Assembly (NCBI GenBank): GCA_944381325.1
Contig: CALWKS010000003.1
Location: forward strand, 265,204 to 329,203
DNA: 64,000 nucleotides
Reading direction: 5' to 3'
Source: an uncultured Christensenellaceae bacterium
GTDB taxonomy: Bacteria > Bacillota > Clostridia > Christensenellales > UBA3700
The notes beneath the pieces were generated by a model. That model ran no database searches, was not told the origin of the DNA, and saw only the letters and a program-made list of their open reading frames with translations. Positions 60,703 through 64,000 of the stretch are shown here, one piece after another. A program made the position numbers and the translations under genes. Positions within the stretch are counted from its first letter, which is position 1; every line of letters starts with the position of its first letter.

Positions 60703-60903
60703 AAATATCTACCTTCTTTACAATACTTTATCAAGAATTATAGCATTTTAAGCCCCTTTTGTCAACCTTACCCCCTTTTAAGCCTCAAATCCCCTTAAAA
60801 GTGCCATATTTATCTTTTTATCTTACATAATTTACACCGATTATAGACTCTTTATTAACTAAAGCGAAGATAACGATCGTATTTATTTTTGTCTTTTTAT
60901 CTG

Positions 60904-60932
60904 TTGATTTTAATATTTAAATATTGTATAAT
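60904..60932 (+). promoter_or_regulatory. strong consensus-like promoter upstream of the truncated tRNA-Arg
   Basis: TTGATT (60904-60909), 17-nt spacer, TG-extended TATAAT (60927-60932), 20 nt before the tRNA fragment. Confidence 0.5.
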
Positions 60933-60952
60933 CAATAAGCAAAATAACATAC

Positions 60953-60993
60953 GTTTCCGTAGCTCAGTAGGATAGAGCGTTCGCCTCCTAAGC
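60953..60993 (+). pseudogene. 5-prime fragment of a tRNA-Arg (CCT) gene, truncated just after the anticodon loop
   Basis: GTTTCCG-TA-GCTC-AGTAGGATA-GAGC-G-TTCGC-CTCCTAA-GC, then unrelated sequence. The expected GCGAA, T arm and CGGAAAC acceptor strand are absent from the rest of the window. Confidence 0.6.
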
Positions 60994-61141
60994 TGTTGCC
61001 CTATCCACCCAAAACCACAATATGTTGTGATTTTGGCGGCAAGCGACCACTATATATTGTGGTCAAACGAAAAACTGGTATAAATTCTGGTATAAAATAT
61101 GAAAGAAAATCGCTTTCATATTGACAAATAAAATAGCTAAT

Positions 61142-61216
61142 GTGCTCATAGTTAAACGGATATAACGAAGCCCTCCTAAGGCTTAATTTGGGGTTCGATT
61201 CCCTATGGGCACGCCA
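61142..61216 (+). tRNA. tRNA-Arg (anticodon CCT), CCA encoded
   Basis: GTGCTCA-TA-GTTA-AACGGATA-TAAC-G-AAGCC-CTCCTAA-GGCTT-AATT-TGGGG-TTCGATT-CCCTA-TGGGCAC-G-CCA. 75 nt. Confidence 0.85.
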
Positions 61217-61222
61217 ACAAAA

Positions 61223-61255
61223 AAGCAAGGCACGATTTAATGCCTTGCTTTTTAT
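61223..61255 (+). terminator. rho-independent terminator after tRNA-Arg
   Basis: 10-bp stem AAGCAAGGCA / TGCCTTGCTT with an 8-nt loop, then TTTATT. Confidence 0.7.
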
Positions 61256-62639
61256 TCTCCTCATGTTATGTTACAGGTTAAATATTTGTGACATCCTATA
61301 CGAGTTTTATTTGTAGAAATGAATTGAAATTCGACCAAACAAAGCGATGTTGAACATTTTATCTTGACTTATCTTGTTTTATTATATTAGTTGGGGGCTC
61401 AATAAACGACAAAAAAGGTAAATAATCTTTCCCCAAATCTTATTAAAAGCACTAATGTCGACGAATGGATGAAAGCATATAATAACTATGCTGCGATCAC
61501 AGGCACAGATTCGAACGAACACCTCCAGATAGACGAGAAAATGTCTTTTCTTTCTATGAAAGATACTCCAGACGTATCGAAGGCATGGTCAGTTCAATAT
61601 TTTGCAGACAATATCAGACAAGCTTTTCTATTAAACGAAAATGATAAAGACGTAATCTACTCTTTTATGTCAGATGAGTTTTTTATCTGGAAATACGGTT
61701 TCAATAAACATATATAATACAAATAAAAAAAGATTTATTAATTCATTTAAAAATAACAAACCAAAATTACTTACTATATTTAGCGACATTTTTTCAGAAG
61801 CTGCAACACCGGATCAGCTAAACACTCCTCAATCTGTAACACAGCATCGGCTTTCAAGGGAACGGATATTGGGATATCCGAAGCCTAAGCCCTTCTTTCG
61901 TTGATTTTCCCTGATCACATTTGAACTTGCGACAGTACGACAGTATTTTCATAAAACAATTTAATTTGAACAACAGTAATAAATCTTTTATTGCAGATGT
62001 TTAAGACTATATGGCAGATCAAGCTACTATTCTCAGCAAATTATCGGAAAGCATTTTGACTTTGAGAAAAATCTATCAGGCTGTCTGGGCAAATCGAATT
62101 TAATCGACTACTATAACCTTAATTCAAAGTTCAAAGTCTATAATGCTTATCTTGTCACTATCGAATATCTATATAGCAACGTTATTTCATACTATATTGA
62201 TACTAATGTGATGTTAAACGTAATAAACTCATCGTCATCAATGATTTTGAATTTAGAAAGGCACTACCTCTTAAATTTAAAAATTATGTTTTTTACATGA
62301 AATTTTAATTTTCTTTCCAACAGTAGTAATAAAAGCATTGCGAAAAATAAACTCTTTTATTTCAATTAAACTTTTCCGAAAATCAACAACAAAAGATAAA
62401 AATACGTGTTTAATAACGAAAATTTCTTAAACGCAATAAACAGGTCGATTTGACATACATTAGCTTTCAGTTCTGGATGATTGAATTTTTAACCGATAAT
62501 TTTACCGTTGACTGCTATGAGAACCATGCTTCGATAGAATCAACGAAAAAGGATAATTTCGAGAAAAAAACCAAAAGGTTATAGACTTATTTGTCAATAT
62601 TTGATATAATATATAAAATTAAAGATATGTGAGTATAGT

Positions 62640-64000
62640 ATGTATAATTTAGTTGATATACATTTTCATACAGATGATTCTTTTGATGCCTTTGAGAATT
62701 ATACTTTTAATGTAGATGAGTTAATTAGTGTTTTGCAAGATAGCAATCCCGACAAATCAGTAAAGTTACTGTGCAAAACAGATCACAATATTTTAAATTT
62801 CAATAAATATTATGAGTTAGCAGAAAAATTTGAAAAAGCTGGGATAAGATTGCTCCCCGGCATTGAAATCAATTCTGTATCAGACGTTCATTGGCTTTTC
62901 GTTTTTGACGACACATCATTGTGCATAGGTGTGCCAGAGGATAAAGATTATCATGGCCTTACATTAGATGAAAAAATAAATAAATTTTTTCACTACGATA
63001 CATCTGGCGGATATGAATCGATTAAAGCTCAAGCTAAACAAGAGCAAAGCAAAGAACACGATTTAAAAAACTTTATTGGAATCTTGCACGAACTAAATGT
63101 TCCATATATAGCAATTCCTCATTTGAATAAAACAAAAGGATGGTATGCAAAATTAAAAAAAGACGAAAGTCAGCTTGCTATAGTTGAAGAGTTCTTAAAT
63201 TCCAATATCATTAATGGTTTCGAAAGTAAAAACCAAGATGACTTCATTTATAAAAATATTTTAGATACAGAATCTCATATTCATTCGTTAAAAAAAGATT
63301 ATAATGAAATGGAAGCCTCATTATCGGAAGTAGAAAAACAAAAAAAGCTTAAAGATATTGAGCGCAGACTCAATCATTTAAAAAAGTTAAATGAATTAGG
63401 TAAATTAATATCTACTGGCGACGTTTCATTAATATATGGATCTGATTTTCACTGTCGCGGTGATGAAACAATTGAAAGTTACCGTGCTTATAAAGATAAA
63501 CTATTCTACATGAAAGCAGATAATACCTTTGAAGGACTACGCATTAGCCTTTTGGATCAGTATAGTAGAATTTTTTCTTCAGCCAGAAAAGATAAATTTT
63601 CTAAAAAAGCTGTAATTTGTATTGATAAACTGAGAGTACTTATTAATAATGAAGAGCACGAGTTGCTTTTGGGCGATGGATTAAACTCTGTAATTGGCGC
63701 TCGCGGAACTGGAAAAAGTTATTTCCTTAATATGCTTATTAATAAAATAGAAAAATACAAGAACTCCTCTATTTATAGTGATATAAAACTTATAGATATA
63801 ACATTTTCAAATGGAGAAGTCAAACCATTTTTATCCCCTTCTGATTACGACATATTAACACAACGAGGAACAACATCCGATACGGAACAAAATCAAAATA
63901 GTATATATGGTTTATTGGCGGATGCACCATATAAAATGGATGCCTATCTTAAAGAAATTGAAAATTTATCAAAAAATAAGAAGGACGAAAGGAAAATTAT
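62640..64000 (+). CDS. PHP-domain (phosphoesterase/nuclease-like) protein fused to an ABC/SMC-like P-loop ATPase; C-terminus runs off the window end
   Basis: Frame open from the ATG at 62640 to the window end; it is absent from the ORF track because no stop is present. PHP motifs VDIHFHTDDSFDA, KTDHN, PGIEIN, IAIPHLN. Walker A in LNSVIGARGTGKSYFLN about 350 aa in. Confidence 0.6.
   Translation, partial: MYNLVDIHFHTDDSFDAFENYTFNVDELISVLQDSNPDKSVKLLCKTDHNILNFNKYYELAEKFEKAGIRLLPGIEINSVSDVHWLFVFDDTSLCIGVPEDKDYHGLTLDEKINKFFHYDTSGGYESIKAQAKQEQSKEHDLKNFIGILHELNVPYIAIPHLNKTKGWYAKLKKDESQLAIVEEFLNSNIINGFESKNQDDFIYKNILDTESHIHSLKKDYNEMEASLSEVEKQKKLKDIERRLNHLKKLNELGKLISTGDVSLIYGSDFHCRGDETIESYRAYKDKLFYMKADNTFEGLRISLLDQYSRIFSSARKDKFSKKAVICIDKLRVLINNEEHELLLGDGLNSVIGARGTGKSYFLNMLINKIEKYKNSSIYSDIKLIDITFSNGEVKPFLSPSDYDILTQRGTTSDTEQNQNSIYGLLADAPYKMDAYLKEIENLSKNKKDERKI

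Noticed and set aside
60953-61216. Possibility that the tRNA-Arg fragment and the downstream sequence form one intron-containing (group I) tRNA gene.
   Set aside because: No 3-prime exon complementary to the fragment's acceptor (CGGAAAC) or anticodon stem (GCGAA) follows. The downstream tRNA is complete and self-complementary by itself, and the 148-bp spacer is too short and too AT-rich to look like a group I intron core.
61001-61264. 87-aa minus-strand ORF.
   Set aside because: It lies antisense to tRNA-Arg and its terminator and is not a plausible protein.

Overview
This 64-kb window looks like a chromosomal segment of a spore-forming Firmicute, probably a Clostridia-like gut organism. That is inferred from sigH, a gpr-like gene next to rpsT, the mrnC-thyX-rlmB-sigH gene order and many glycan-degrading genes; no database search was possible.

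Backbone genes: two GH29 alpha-L-fucosidases, a GH2 beta-galactosidase, a GH18 enzyme, a GDPD phosphodiesterase, leuCDB, murI, rpsT, mgsA, citrate synthase, a split chromate transporter, a csoR plus P1B-ATPase metal operon with two palindromic operators, a chloramphenicol acetyltransferase, and an aminotransferase/FGGY-kinase/aldolase cluster. There are five intact tRNA genes (Ala-CGC, initiator Met, CAU elongator, Glu-UUC, Arg-CCU) and one truncated tRNA-Arg. Two carbohydrate genes (a GPH transporter and an alpha/alpha-barrel hydrolase-like gene) are broken by frameshifts or a stop codon.

Several visibly AT-rich accessory insertions look like conflict or defence systems:
1. Top candidate for an undescribed system: a tightly coupled six-gene minus-strand operon (36745-43804) between leuB and mgsA. 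It encodes a TIR-like protein, an agmatine-deiminase-family enzyme, a 606-aa unknown, a ParA/MinD-like ATPase with a KGGAGRS Walker A, a 236-aa unknown, and a tandem AdoMetDC-like pyruvoyl-enzyme homolog.
2. A HEPN-like plus RES-domain gene pair beside duplicated tRNA-Glu 3-prime ends.
3. A PUA-like/PD-(D/E)xK protein next to the tRNA-Met pair.
4. An HD-RyR-SLOG protein.
5. A PHP-plus-P-loop ATPase gene downstream of a disrupted tRNA-Arg locus.

I saw no CRISPR array, rRNA, transposase or integrase.
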